DNA from: Gemmatimonadota bacterium
GTDB taxonomy: Bacteria > Gemmatimonadota > Gemmatimonadetes > Gemmatimonadales > Gemmatimonadaceae
Reading direction: 5' to 3'
Assembly: GCA_016194585.1 (NCBI GenBank)
Contig: JACQBG010000034.1
Coordinates: forward strand, 50,147 to 114,146
DNA length: 64,000 bases
Of the stretch, positions 33,972 to 44,667 are shown piece by piece. Position 1 is the stretch's first letter. Every line of letters begins with the position of its first letter. Under the pieces are notes generated by a model. That model searched no databases and was not told where the DNA came from. It was given only the letters and a program-made list of their open reading frames with translations. A program made the translations under genes and the position numbers.

Positions 33972-34786
33972 CGCGCCGAGAAGTGCGTGAGCACGAGCCG
34001 GCGCACGCCGGCCCGCGCGGCGATCGCTGCCGCCTCGCGCGCCGTCGAGTGACCCGTCTCCACCGCGCGCGCCGCCTCTTCCTCGCCGAACGTCGCCTCG
34101 TGCACCAGCAGGTCGGCGCCGGCGCTCGCCGCGGCCGTCGCTTCGCACGGACGCGTGTCGCCCGTGATCACGACGCGGCGGCCGACCCGCGTCGGACCGA
34201 CGAGCGCGGCCGGATCGACGACCCGGCCATCGTCGAGCGTCACCACCTCGCCCTTGTGCAGCTTACCCCACAGCGGCCCCTCGGGGATGCCGAGCGCGCG
34301 CGCCATGTCGGGATGGAACCGCCCGCGGCGCTCCTCCTCGACGAGCGCGTAGCCCACCGCCGACTGCCCGCGATGGTCCACCGCGAACGGGAGCACGTGA
34401 TACTCCCTTCGCGCGATCGGCGTGCCGGGCTCGATCTCCGTCGCCTCGAGCGGGAACGACAGCCGCTCGATGCCGAGCCCCTCGCACTTCTTGAGCATCG
34501 CGTGCAGCCCCTTCGGGCCCCAGAGACGCAGCGGCTCGGCGCGCACCTGCAGCGTCATCGTCCGCAGCAGGCCGAGCAGGCCGAGGAAGTGGTCGGTGTG
34601 GAAATGCGTGAAGAAGAGGTCGCCGAAGGAGAACGACACGCCGTAGCGCATCATCTGGCGCTGCGTCCCCTCGCCGCAGTCGAACAGCATCGTCTCCCCC
34701 TCGCGCACCAGGGCGAGCGCGGAGACCCCCCGCTCGATGGTGGGGCGGGAGGCACTGGTGCCGAGGAGGCGGAGGGAGAGGGTCAC
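33824..34786 (-). CDS. rnz: ribonuclease Z
   Basis: LLGTSASRP...LFDCGEGTQRQM...FTHFHTDHFLGLLGLL (HxHxDH metallo-beta-lactamase motif) in RNase Z order. GTG start. Confidence 0.9.
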   Translation of the reverse strand: MTLSLRLLGTSASRPTIERGVSALALVREGETMLFDCGEGTQRQMMRYGVSFSFGDLFFTHFHTDHFLGLLGLLRTMTLQVRAEPLRLWGPKGLHAMLKKCEGLGIERLSFPLEATEIEPGTPIARREYHVLPFAVDHRGQSAVGYALVEEERRGRFHPDMARALGIPEGPLWGKLHKGEVVTLDDGRVVDPAALVGPTRVGRRVVITGDTRPCEATAAASAGADLLVHEATFGEEEAARAVETGHSTAREAAAIAARAGVRRLVLTHFSARYSRDPSDLEREARELFPATSCGRDGSEFDVPFADAGDDTAAAPGSQVK

Positions 34787-34852
34787 GTGGTCAAAGATAA
34801 CCCGGATGAACCGCAGCGAACGATGAACGGTTCACAATAAACGGTTCACCGT

Positions 34853-35830
34853 TCACAGGCTGTCGTAGTGTCCCTCGAGGACCGCCTCGTGCACCGCCGC
34901 GTCGATGTTCCCCCCGCTCAGCACCACCGCCACCGGGAACCTCGTCGGCAGGATCTCCCCGCTGATCAGCGCGGCCACCCCCACCGCGCCGGCGCCCTCG
35001 ACCTTCAGCCCTTCCTCGATCCAGAGGAACGCGATCGCCTCGGCGATGGCGCGCTCGGTGACGGTCGCGATGCCGTCGAGCGCGGCCTTCCCTTGCGCGA
35101 GCATATCGGCGTCGACGAGCCCGGCGAGCCCGTCGGCGAGCGTCGGACGGTCGGGGATGTCGGTCGGCTCCCCCGAGGCCAGCGCGAGCGCCATGGCGTT
35201 GGTGCGCTCGCTTTGCGCGCCGAGGATGCGCACGTGCGGCGCCTCGTCGCGCAGGAAGCCGCCGATGCCGCCGATGAGGCCGCCGCCACCGACGCCGGCG
35301 ATGATCGTCGTGAGCTCGGGCAGCTCGTCGAGGATCTCGAGCGCGACGGTGCCCTGACCGGCGAGGAGGTCGTACCCCGTGCACGGACTCACGAACGTCG
35401 CGCCGCGGCGCGCCGCGTCGGCGCGGGCGAGCGCCTCGGCGGCGTCGTAGTGCTCCGCGGTCGCGTCGATCGTCGCGCCGGCGGCGGCGATCTTGTCGCG
35501 CTTCACGCCGGGCGACGAGCGCGGCACGTACACGGTGGCGGCGATGCCGAGCGCGGCCGCGGCGGTGGCGAGCCCGAGCCCGTGGTTCCCCGCGCTCGCC
35601 GTGACGACGCCCGCGGCGCGGCGTTCGGCGGGGAGCGTCGCGATGACGTTCGTCGCGCCACGCAGCTTGAACGAGCCGGTGCGCTGCTCGCACTCGAGCT
35701 TGAGGTACACCTCGCCGCCCAGGTACGTGCTGAGCGCGTCGGAGCGGCGGAGCTCGGTGCGCACGACCGACGGCGCGATGCGGGCCGCGGCGGCGCGGAC
35801 GTCGAGGGCGGAAGGGAGGGGGCGGGGCAC
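34853..35830 (-). CDS. PLP-dependent threonine/serine dehydratase-like enzyme
   Basis: LKLECEQRTGSFKLRGA (PLP lysine), SAGNHG and GVGGGGLIGG motifs. Confidence 0.85.
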   Translation of the reverse strand: MPRPLPSALDVRAAAARIAPSVVRTELRRSDALSTYLGGEVYLKLECEQRTGSFKLRGATNVIATLPAERRAAGVVTASAGNHGLGLATAAAALGIAATVYVPRSSPGVKRDKIAAAGATIDATAEHYDAAEALARADAARRGATFVSPCTGYDLLAGQGTVALEILDELPELTTIIAGVGGGGLIGGIGGFLRDEAPHVRILGAQSERTNAMALALASGEPTDIPDRPTLADGLAGLVDADMLAQGKAALDGIATVTERAIAEAIAFLWIEEGLKVEGAGAVGVAALISGEILPTRFPVAVVLSGGNIDAAVHEAVLEGHYDSL

Positions 35831-35963
35831 GAGGGAAAGGAAGCGCGAACCCGACGTTCGCGGAAGTCGCGGGCGACCGCCGCGTTCGGTGCGCCGCGAA
35901 GGCGATCAATGCGCCGCGAAGGCGTACGGCGCGCCGCCGCCGGATCGTGCCGCCGCCGATCAC

Positions 35964-36006
35964 CGTCGATCGTTGACCGTTCACCGTGCACGCGCAACGA
36001 TCGACG
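35964..36006 (-). terminator. hairpin immediately downstream of the photolyase gene
   Basis: Perfect 12-bp stem CGTCGATCGTTG / CAACGATCGACG with a 19-nt loop, starting 9 nt after the stop at 36015. Confidence 0.5.
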
Positions 36007-36014
36007 ACACAACG

Positions 36015-37487
36015 TCAGCTCGCTCGTTCCTCCCACTGCCGTATGTACCCGGCCGCATCCCACTTGTCGTATGCCCGTGCGATCGACATCGGCCGGATCA
36101 CCCCCCACACCGGCTTGTCGAACCAGGGGCGGTCGAATTTCCCGAAACACCACTGGATGCCGCCGTAGCTCGACGGGTCGCGGCCGTCGAGCGCCCATTT
36201 GTCGTTCAGCACGATGAGGTGCTCGAGCGCGTGCTTGTAGCGTTTCGTCCAGAGGATCACCGACTTCCCCCAGAGCATGCGCACGACGTTGTGGATCGTC
36301 CCGGTGGCGCGCAGTTCGCGCTGCGCCGCGTTCCACAGCGGATCATGCGTGCGCGCCTCCTCGAACTCGGCGAGCGAGTAGTGCGCCTCGCGCGGGTCGT
36401 CCTTGTGCGCCTCCATCGTGCGGTGCACCCAGTCGGGGAGGGCGCGGAGCTGGCGGTGGCGCGGATTGCGCAGGCAGAAGTTCAGCGCGAGCTCGCGCCA
36501 GGTGACGAGTTCGTCGAGGAACTTCTCCACGTTCGCCGCCGGCCCCGCGTCGCGCGCCGCGCGCGCGACCTCGGCGGCGCTGATCTGCCCGAAGTGCAGG
36601 TACGGCGAGAGCCGGCTCGAACCTGCGCGGTCGGTGGGGTCGGCGCGCCGGCGTTCGTAGTCGCCGAGCGCACCGTCGCAGAAGGCGCGCAGGCGCGCGA
36701 GCGCGGCGTCACGTCCACTCGTGACGAACTCGCGGGGCACCGGCGGCACCGCATGGTCGATCTCGCAGCGCGCGATCTCGCGAGTGATCGCCGCGTCGTC
36801 GAGCGTCGCGATGGGGAGGCGGTCGACGTCGAGCGAGCGCCAGAGCGCGTCGGGGAGCGCGCGCCGCGCCGCCCGATCCTCCGCCGGCTCGAGCGACGCG
36901 TCGAGCAGCTTCATGATCTTCGGCCGGAGAGTGCGCGCGGCGTACTCCTCTTTCGCGAAATGTGCCGCCGGCACGATCGCGTGCGATTCGACGGCGACCA
37001 CGCGGCATGGCGCGCGCGCCGCGAAGCGCGCCGTGCGCTCGGCGATGCCCGCGGTCGGGAAGCGGTCGGTGACGACGAGGCAGGCGCGCGCCGCCAGCCG
37101 GTCGACGACGCGCCGGTCGTCGTCGCGGCGGCGGCGGAGCGCGAACTGGTACGCGAATCCCGCCGATGCGGCGCGGCGAGCCAGCTCGCGCGCATTCTCG
37201 AGGATGAACGCATGGATGCGGTCGTTCGCGTGCTCGTACGTCGGGTCGAGCCCCTGGTGCACGAGCAGCGGCCGGTTCAGCCGGTCGGACTCGAGCACCG
37301 CGAAGCGGAGCGCCCAGTTGTCCTCGAACCGGTGCGTGCTCTGCATCCAGTAGAGCACGAACTCCCCTTCCGGTTGCAGCCGGACGTCGTTCAGGCGCTC
37401 GGCGCGCAGGGCGAGCTGGGAGGCGACGAAGGGGGAAGTGAGCGAGTGCACGAGTGCGAGACAGGAGGAAAAGCTGTTGACGGTCAA
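36015..37487 (-). CDS. phr: class II CPD deoxyribodipyrimidine photolyase
   Basis: VLYWMQSTHRFEDNWAL near the N-terminus. C-terminal NVVRMLWGKSVILWT...GRDPSSYGGIQWCFGKFDRPW is typical of class II photolyases. The annotated start is TTG and the true start is uncertain. Confidence 0.85.
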   Translation of the reverse strand: MTVNSFSSCLALVHSLTSPFVASQLALRAERLNDVRLQPEGEFVLYWMQSTHRFEDNWALRFAVLESDRLNRPLLVHQGLDPTYEHANDRIHAFILENARELARRAASAGFAYQFALRRRRDDDRRVVDRLAARACLVVTDRFPTAGIAERTARFAARAPCRVVAVESHAIVPAAHFAKEEYAARTLRPKIMKLLDASLEPAEDRAARRALPDALWRSLDVDRLPIATLDDAAITREIARCEIDHAVPPVPREFVTSGRDAALARLRAFCDGALGDYERRRADPTDRAGSSRLSPYLHFGQISAAEVARAARDAGPAANVEKFLDELVTWRELALNFCLRNPRHRQLRALPDWVHRTMEAHKDDPREAHYSLAEFEEARTHDPLWNAAQRELRATGTIHNVVRMLWGKSVILWTKRYKHALEHLIVLNDKWALDGRDPSSYGGIQWCFGKFDRPWFDKPVWGVIRPMSIARAYDKWDAAGYIRQWEERAS

Positions 37488-37541
37488 TCGTTTACCGTGA
37501 ACGGTTAACCGTGTACCCGCGGCAGTCGTTCACCCCGCGCC

Positions 37542-37569
37542 TTGACTTCCGTGCGCGCCGGACTATCAT
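37542..37569 (+). promoter_or_regulatory. sigma70-like promoter candidate TTGACT-N16-TATCAT
   Basis: This is the best -35/-10 match upstream of tRNA-Ala, about 95 nt upstream of the mature 5' end. Confidence 0.35.
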
Positions 37570-37668
37570 TATGGGAGTGACGTCGGCCCCGCCCGATCCT
37601 AGGCGGGGTTGATGCGTTACGGGACCGGGTGCGACCGGCCGCTGCACGCCACCGCACCAGTTCCACGC

Positions 37669-37741
37669 GGGGCTGTAGCTCAGCTGGGAGAGCGCTGCAA
37701 TCGCACTGCAGAGGTCAGGGGTTCGATCCCCCTCAGCTCCA
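37669..37741 (+). tRNA. tRNA-Ala (anticodon CGC)
   Basis: Hand-folded cloverleaf: acceptor GGGGCTG/CAGCTCC with the G3:U70 Ala identity pair, anticodon loop ATCGCAC, T-arm AGGGG-TTCGATC-CCCCT, discriminator A. No encoded CCA. Confidence 0.9.
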
Positions 37742-37887
37742 TACGATGTTTGAGATGTCGGTGGTCTTGCACGATACGCCCGCCGCCGCGCGGTAGGACG
37801 GAGAGTTCCAATGCCGGCGTGCGTGGCTCCTGCGAGACCCCCGATGAATCAGCGCCGCGAGCCTTCTGGCTTCGCGGCGCTCGTGTT

Positions 37888-40272
<2,385 letters not shown>

Positions 40273-40291
40273 CGTGCGGGCGCGGCCGTCG

Positions 40292-40819
40292 TCACCAGCC
40301 GCTACGGGCGCGCAGTCCGGTGACGTGCGCGACGTGATGGCGCGAGTGCCACGCGTAGAGCGCGGCGAGCATGTCGATGGACATCTGGCCGTTCTCGGGG
40401 TGCGTCATGGTGCGCGCGAAGTCGGCGGCGGGGAGGGCGCGCAGGAGCGCGACCCAGCGGGTGTGGATGCCGTCGAGGATGCCGAGCGAGACGTCGATGG
40501 GGAGCGAATTCGCGTCGGGGAGCTCGGCCCACTTCGCCTCGAGGTACGGCTTGATGGTGGGGTTGTCCTCGGTGAGCGCGAGGCGCAGCCGGATGTAGGC
40601 GTTCACGTGGGAGTCGGCCACGTGGTGCACGAGCTGGCGAACGGTCCAGCCGCCGGGGCGGTAGGGGGTGTCGAGCTGGGCATCGGAGAGCCCGCGGACG
40701 GCGTCGCGGAGGGCGCGGGGCAAGTCGGCGATGGCGTCGATGGCGGCCGCGCGGTCGGCGGCGGAGAACGACGCGGGGCGGCTGAACTTGCCGGTGGGGA
40801 ATCGGAGGTCGGTTTCCAT
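40292..40819 (-). CDS. DinB/YfiT-family metal-dependent hydrolase-like protein
   Basis: GKF...DAQLDTPYRPGGWTVRQLVHHVADSHVNAYIRL...YAWHSRHH follows the YfiT/DinB His-triad pattern. AAGG lies upstream of the ATG. Confidence 0.8.
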   Translation of the reverse strand: METDLRFPTGKFSRPASFSAADRAAAIDAIADLPRALRDAVRGLSDAQLDTPYRPGGWTVRQLVHHVADSHVNAYIRLRLALTEDNPTIKPYLEAKWAELPDANSLPIDVSLGILDGIHTRWVALLRALPAADFARTMTHPENGQMSIDMLAALYAWHSRHHVAHVTGLRARSGW

Positions 40820-40939
40820 CCTTAAAGGATAGCCGTACCGGCGGTTCGGGGCATCGGGGCAGTTGCCCGCGAGGGGGTGAACCCGCTAAAATTCGGGTTC
40901 CAGATCGGCACGCGACGTGCCGATAGTACGGTGGGTCAC

Positions 40940-41012
40940 TGCCCCTTGGTGTAACTGGCAACACGCCTGACTCTGGATCAGGAGAGTCCTGGTTCGATCC
41001 CAGGAGGGGCAA
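40940..41012 (+). tRNA. tRNA-Gln (anticodon CUG)
   Basis: Hand-folded: acceptor TGCCCCT/AGGGGCA (U1:A72), D-arm GTGT/ACAC, anticodon loop CTCTGGA, T-arm CCTGG-TTCGATC-CCAGG. Confidence 0.85.
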
Positions 41013-41032
41013 CTTCAAAAGCTGTTCGTGCC

Positions 41033-41082
41033 AAACGACTTGACGGTCGGCCATCGCGAGATGGCCGACCGTCAAGTCGTTT
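41033..41082. terminator. perfect 23-bp inverted repeat with GCGA tetraloop
   Basis: AAACGACTTGACGGTCGGCCATC-GCGA-GATGGCCGACCGTCAAGTCGTTT, between convergent tRNA-Gln and the gene ending at 41121. Confidence 0.55.
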
Positions 41083-41120
41083 ACGCTAGAGTCTCGATTG
41101 ATCGGTTGACTCGAGGTCGA

Positions 41121-41813
41121 TCAGGGCGCCGTGACCGTCACCGTCACCCCGCCGAGCTGTCCGTAGCGCGCTCCCTGCACGCGAACGGTGGCCTGACCGG
41201 CGCGGAGCCCGGTGGTCGTCCCACTGAGCGAGTCGACGCGCACGACCGTGCCATCGCTCGCACTCCACCGGAAGGTGTCGGTCGGCGAGAGGTGCCCGCC
41301 GCACGTGTACAGCTTGATGGTGGGGGTGAAGCTCGCGCCGACGGCGAGCGTCTGCGAGCGAGGGGTGAGGGCGGCCACGAGTTCCGCCGTGCAGACAACG
41401 GCGACGTCAGTTGAGTCGACCAGCCGTTGGCCTGCCGTGTCGAGCGACGCGACGAGCCAGGTCGAACCCGTTCTCATCGACTCGATCGTCGTGCCGCCCG
41501 CGATACGGATCACGGTGGAATCCCTCGAGACCAGCGCGAGGCGGGGCGGCGCCGGCGCGATGTCTCCCGCCGAACTCACGACCATGATCGGAAGCTCGAG
41601 GGTGCCGCCGAGCGTCATGCCGAACGAAGTGAACGCGAACCGGAGATGCAGCACTGCAGGCGCCGCTGGCGGCGTGGGTGCCTCGCCGCGGCAGCTGGCG
41701 AGCAGCGTGAGCAGGGCGAGCGCGGCGATCGTCGTCACCGTGAGCCGTCGGCCATTAAGGACGCTCACATTGACGGCAGGGGTGACGCTGCGGCGCTCGG
41801 ATGCGGCGTGCAT
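41121..41813 (-). CDS. Big_2 (Ig-like) domain lipoprotein
   Basis: Internal ATG 41813 gives the lipobox LLASC. The C-terminal part (...WSASDGTVVRVDSLSGTTTGLRAGQATVRV...) is Big_2-like. Confidence 0.7.
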   Translation of the reverse strand: MHAASERRSVTPAVNVSVLNGRRLTVTTIAALALLTLLASCRGEAPTPPAAPAVLHLRFAFTSFGMTLGGTLELPIMVVSSAGDIAPAPPRLALVSRDSTVIRIAGGTTIESMRTGSTWLVASLDTAGQRLVDSTDVAVVCTAELVAALTPRSQTLAVGASFTPTIKLYTCGGHLSPTDTFRWSASDGTVVRVDSLSGTTTGLRAGQATVRVQGARYGQLGGVTVTVTAP

Positions 41814-42015
41814 TGATGCACGTTGCGAGCGCACGCAGGCGCTTGCAAGTGAGACGTCATTATTCGGACAGGGAGCGCGCACGCGAAGGGCGGTCCGATT
41901 AGCGTGCAGAGAGGGGAAGGCGCACGACGCGCGCGATTCGATCCGCTGATACGAGTTGTCGTGGACTTCGGCTTGCCCCGATGCCGCAGGCGTGGGTTCC
42001 TTCATCGAGGTCCTG

Positions 42016-42588
42016 ATGAACCTGATCCGTTCGACCCGGCCGTTCGCGCATGTCGTCATCGGACTGGCCGTCACGCTCATCGGAGCGGCGCCCCTCCGGG
42101 CCCAATCATTCGTCGAGTTCGGCGGTGGCTGGAATTACTTCGCCCTCGGGCCCGACGGCGGAAAGTTCGCCAACGGGTACAATGTCCGAGCCTCTGTCGG
42201 CCAGGTGGCCGCGCCGCACGTGAGCGTGCGACTCGATCTCTTCACCGTCGAGTTCGATCGGAAGATGCAGCTCTATCCGCCCTGCGCGTACCCGGGGTGC
42301 ACCCATCCCTTCTACGACACGCAATCCATGGGCGCCGCCGGACTGACCGCGAACGTCATCTGGAACGTCGACTCCCGCGGGATCCTCTACGCCATCGGCG
42401 GAGCGGGGTTCTACGACCTCCACGGCGCCGTCAGCGAACTCCGGCCGGGCGTCTCGGCGGGCGCGGGGATCGCGGTGCCCGTCGGCGTGAGGCTGCGGGC
42501 GATCGTGGAGGCGCGCTGGCACGGGCTGATCAGTACCACCGCGGGACCATCCTCGATCGTGCCGATCACCCTCGGCTTCCGCTACTGA
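42016..42588 (+). CDS. small outer-membrane beta-barrel protein
   Basis: Internal ATG 42016. Signal peptide ending APLRAQ, alternating strands, terminal ITLGFRY. Confidence 0.65.
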   Translation: MNLIRSTRPFAHVVIGLAVTLIGAAPLRAQSFVEFGGGWNYFALGPDGGKFANGYNVRASVGQVAAPHVSVRLDLFTVEFDRKMQLYPPCAYPGCTHPFYDTQSMGAAGLTANVIWNVDSRGILYAIGGAGFYDLHGAVSELRPGVSAGAGIAVPVGVRLRAIVEARWHGLISTTAGPSSIVPITLGFRY

Positions 42589-42632
42589 TCGCAGTCCGCG
42601 CATCGCGGCGCTCAATGCCCGCCCTGGAACGA

Positions 42633-42663
42633 GAACGGCACCTCCATCGCGGAGGTGCCGTTC
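42633..42663. terminator. bidirectional terminator-like hairpin
   Basis: Perfect 13-bp stem GAACGGCACCTCC / GGAGGTGCCGTTC with 5-nt loop, between convergent genes ending at 42588 and 42688. Confidence 0.6.
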
Positions 42664-42687
42664 CCAAATCGATAGCGACGACCGCCC

Positions 42688-44667
42688 TCAGTGCGTCGGC
42701 CCCGTCTTCACCATCTTCAGCTCCGGCAGGTTGCGCAGGTCGTTCACCCGCGCCGCCGGATACCCGAGCTCCTCGAACGGCATCACGCCCTTCTCCTTCG
42801 ACGTGTGGCACGAGGTGCACTGCATCGCGTCGCGCGTGATCGAGTGATTCACCATCAGCGTCGCGTCCTGCCGCATCCACCGTGCCGCGACCTTGCCGCT
42901 GAATGGGATCGTCCATCCCTTCTCGATCCCCATGTAGTGCATGAAGTCGTCCATCATGTATTTCTTGAACACCTCGCCGTACATGAGCTTGATGATCGGG
43001 TCCTCGGTGGCCTTCATCACCGCGGCCTTGGGGTCACCCTTCTCGTAGTAGACGTTGTAGTCGAACGGCAGCAGCATGCCGCCGAACGGGCCCTGGTTGC
43101 CGAGGTCCTCGTTCATCTTGGCGTTGAACCGCTTGAACGGCGTGATCTTCGACTTCCCCAGCTTGCCGAGCGGACGGAACGTCTTCTCGTAGTACGCCTT
43201 GTAGTCGAAGTTCGCGTACGCCGAGTCGGGCGTGGTCGTGAACGCGGTGTAGAGGTTCTGGCCGTTCGGGTTGTCGCCGAGCGCGCCGGCCATGAACGAA
43301 CCGTCGCCGTTGTGCCAGCGGTACACGAGTGCCTCGCCGGGCTTCCCGGAGCGGAGCAGGTCGCGGTAGATCCAGATCCCTTCCTCCTTCACGAAGATGG
43401 GATCGGTCCAGTCGCGGAGCACGACGTTGTCGTCGGTGAGGTGCGTGATGTGGCACGTCTCACAGGCGAGCTTGTCGGTATGCGCGTTCAGGAAGGCGCG
43501 CGTGCTGGTGTTCTGCACGTGCGGCGTCGACGAGTGGCACCGCTCGCAGCTCACCTCCACGCCGGGGAGGTCGTTCGACACGAGATCGGTGCCGCGCGTG
43601 CCGCGGGCGATCAGGTGCCCGTGCGACTCGTGGCAGTCGAGGCACTGCAGTCCCGCCATGTAGTGCAGGTCGGCGCCGCGCGTGGGGTTCCCGCGCTTCG
43701 CCCCGGGGTGCAGGATGCGCGGGTTCTTGTAGCCACGGTTCTGCGCGGCGAGGTTCTCGGGATACATGTCGCCGCCGTGGTTGTGCTCGTGGCAGCGCAG
43801 GCAGTTGTCGCTCGTCGGTCGCACCACGGCCATCGCCGCCTTCAGGCTCCGGTCCTGGTTCCACCGCGTCTTCCCGTTCGGGTCCTGCACGACGTACTTC
43901 TCGTTCATGTCGTACGCCTTCGAGTGGCACATCAGGCAATCGCTCGAGGCGAACTCGGCGTCGACGGGCTTGTAGCCGGGGAACATCGTGCCGGTCATGG
44001 GGCCGTACTGGCCGCCCGGATGGCATTGACCGCAGCCGTCGCTGTAGGTCTTGCCGTCGGCGCTCTTCACGAGCACGGCCCACGCCGTCCAGGTGAACGA
44101 GCCGGGGATGCCGCAGGCGCGGTCGATCTTCCCCATCGGGATGCCGTCCACCTTCTGGCCGTTGAAGCCGTACGTGTTGAAGCCGGTGAACTTGTTCAGC
44201 CCGAAGTGCACGCTCTGCTGCAGGTTCTGCCGCAGGTCGACGGTCTCGTAGCCGCCCTTGCCGTCCTTGATCTTGATCTGCTTGTGGCACTGGAGGCAGG
44301 TCTCGGGACCGCGGTACTCGCGGATGCCCGCCTTGCGGAACCGCTCGATGTGCGTGAGCCCCACCCGTCGGTCGAACGACGCCACGTGGCCGGCGACCTG
44401 CGCCGCCACGGCCTTGTACACGGCGGGGTTCTTCGCCGCGGTGTCGACGGAGACGTACGGCCGCTGCTCGTCCTCGAGCTGCTTGGCGACGCGCTCGAAC
44501 TCGACGTCGCTCAGGCGCTGCACCGGGTAGTCGATGCGCCCGGGGCGGTGCTGCCACGGCACGACGAGGTTGACGAGGTTCGAATAGTTCCAGACGAGCA
44601 ACACCACCGCGACCACCGCGACGGCGCCGCCACGCAGGAACCAGCGCTGCTTCTTCGAGAGAGTCAT
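42688..44667 (-). CDS. membrane-anchored octahaem c-type cytochrome (659 aa)
   Basis: Internal ATG 44667 (MTLSKKQRWFLRGGAVAVVAVVLLVW, N-terminal TM helix). Eight CxxCH motifs: CLQCH, CGQCH, CLMCH, CLRCH, CLDCH, CERCH, CETCH, CTSCH. ATGA overlap with the cytochrome b gene. Confidence 0.85.
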   Translation of the reverse strand: MTLSKKQRWFLRGGAVAVVAVVLLVWNYSNLVNLVVPWQHRPGRIDYPVQRLSDVEFERVAKQLEDEQRPYVSVDTAAKNPAVYKAVAAQVAGHVASFDRRVGLTHIERFRKAGIREYRGPETCLQCHKQIKIKDGKGGYETVDLRQNLQQSVHFGLNKFTGFNTYGFNGQKVDGIPMGKIDRACGIPGSFTWTAWAVLVKSADGKTYSDGCGQCHPGGQYGPMTGTMFPGYKPVDAEFASSDCLMCHSKAYDMNEKYVVQDPNGKTRWNQDRSLKAAMAVVRPTSDNCLRCHEHNHGGDMYPENLAAQNRGYKNPRILHPGAKRGNPTRGADLHYMAGLQCLDCHESHGHLIARGTRGTDLVSNDLPGVEVSCERCHSSTPHVQNTSTRAFLNAHTDKLACETCHITHLTDDNVVLRDWTDPIFVKEEGIWIYRDLLRSGKPGEALVYRWHNGDGSFMAGALGDNPNGQNLYTAFTTTPDSAYANFDYKAYYEKTFRPLGKLGKSKITPFKRFNAKMNEDLGNQGPFGGMLLPFDYNVYYEKGDPKAAVMKATEDPIIKLMYGEVFKKYMMDDFMHYMGIEKGWTIPFSGKVAARWMRQDATLMVNHSITRDAMQCTSCHTSKEKGVMPFEELGYPAARVNDLRNLPELKMVKTGPTH

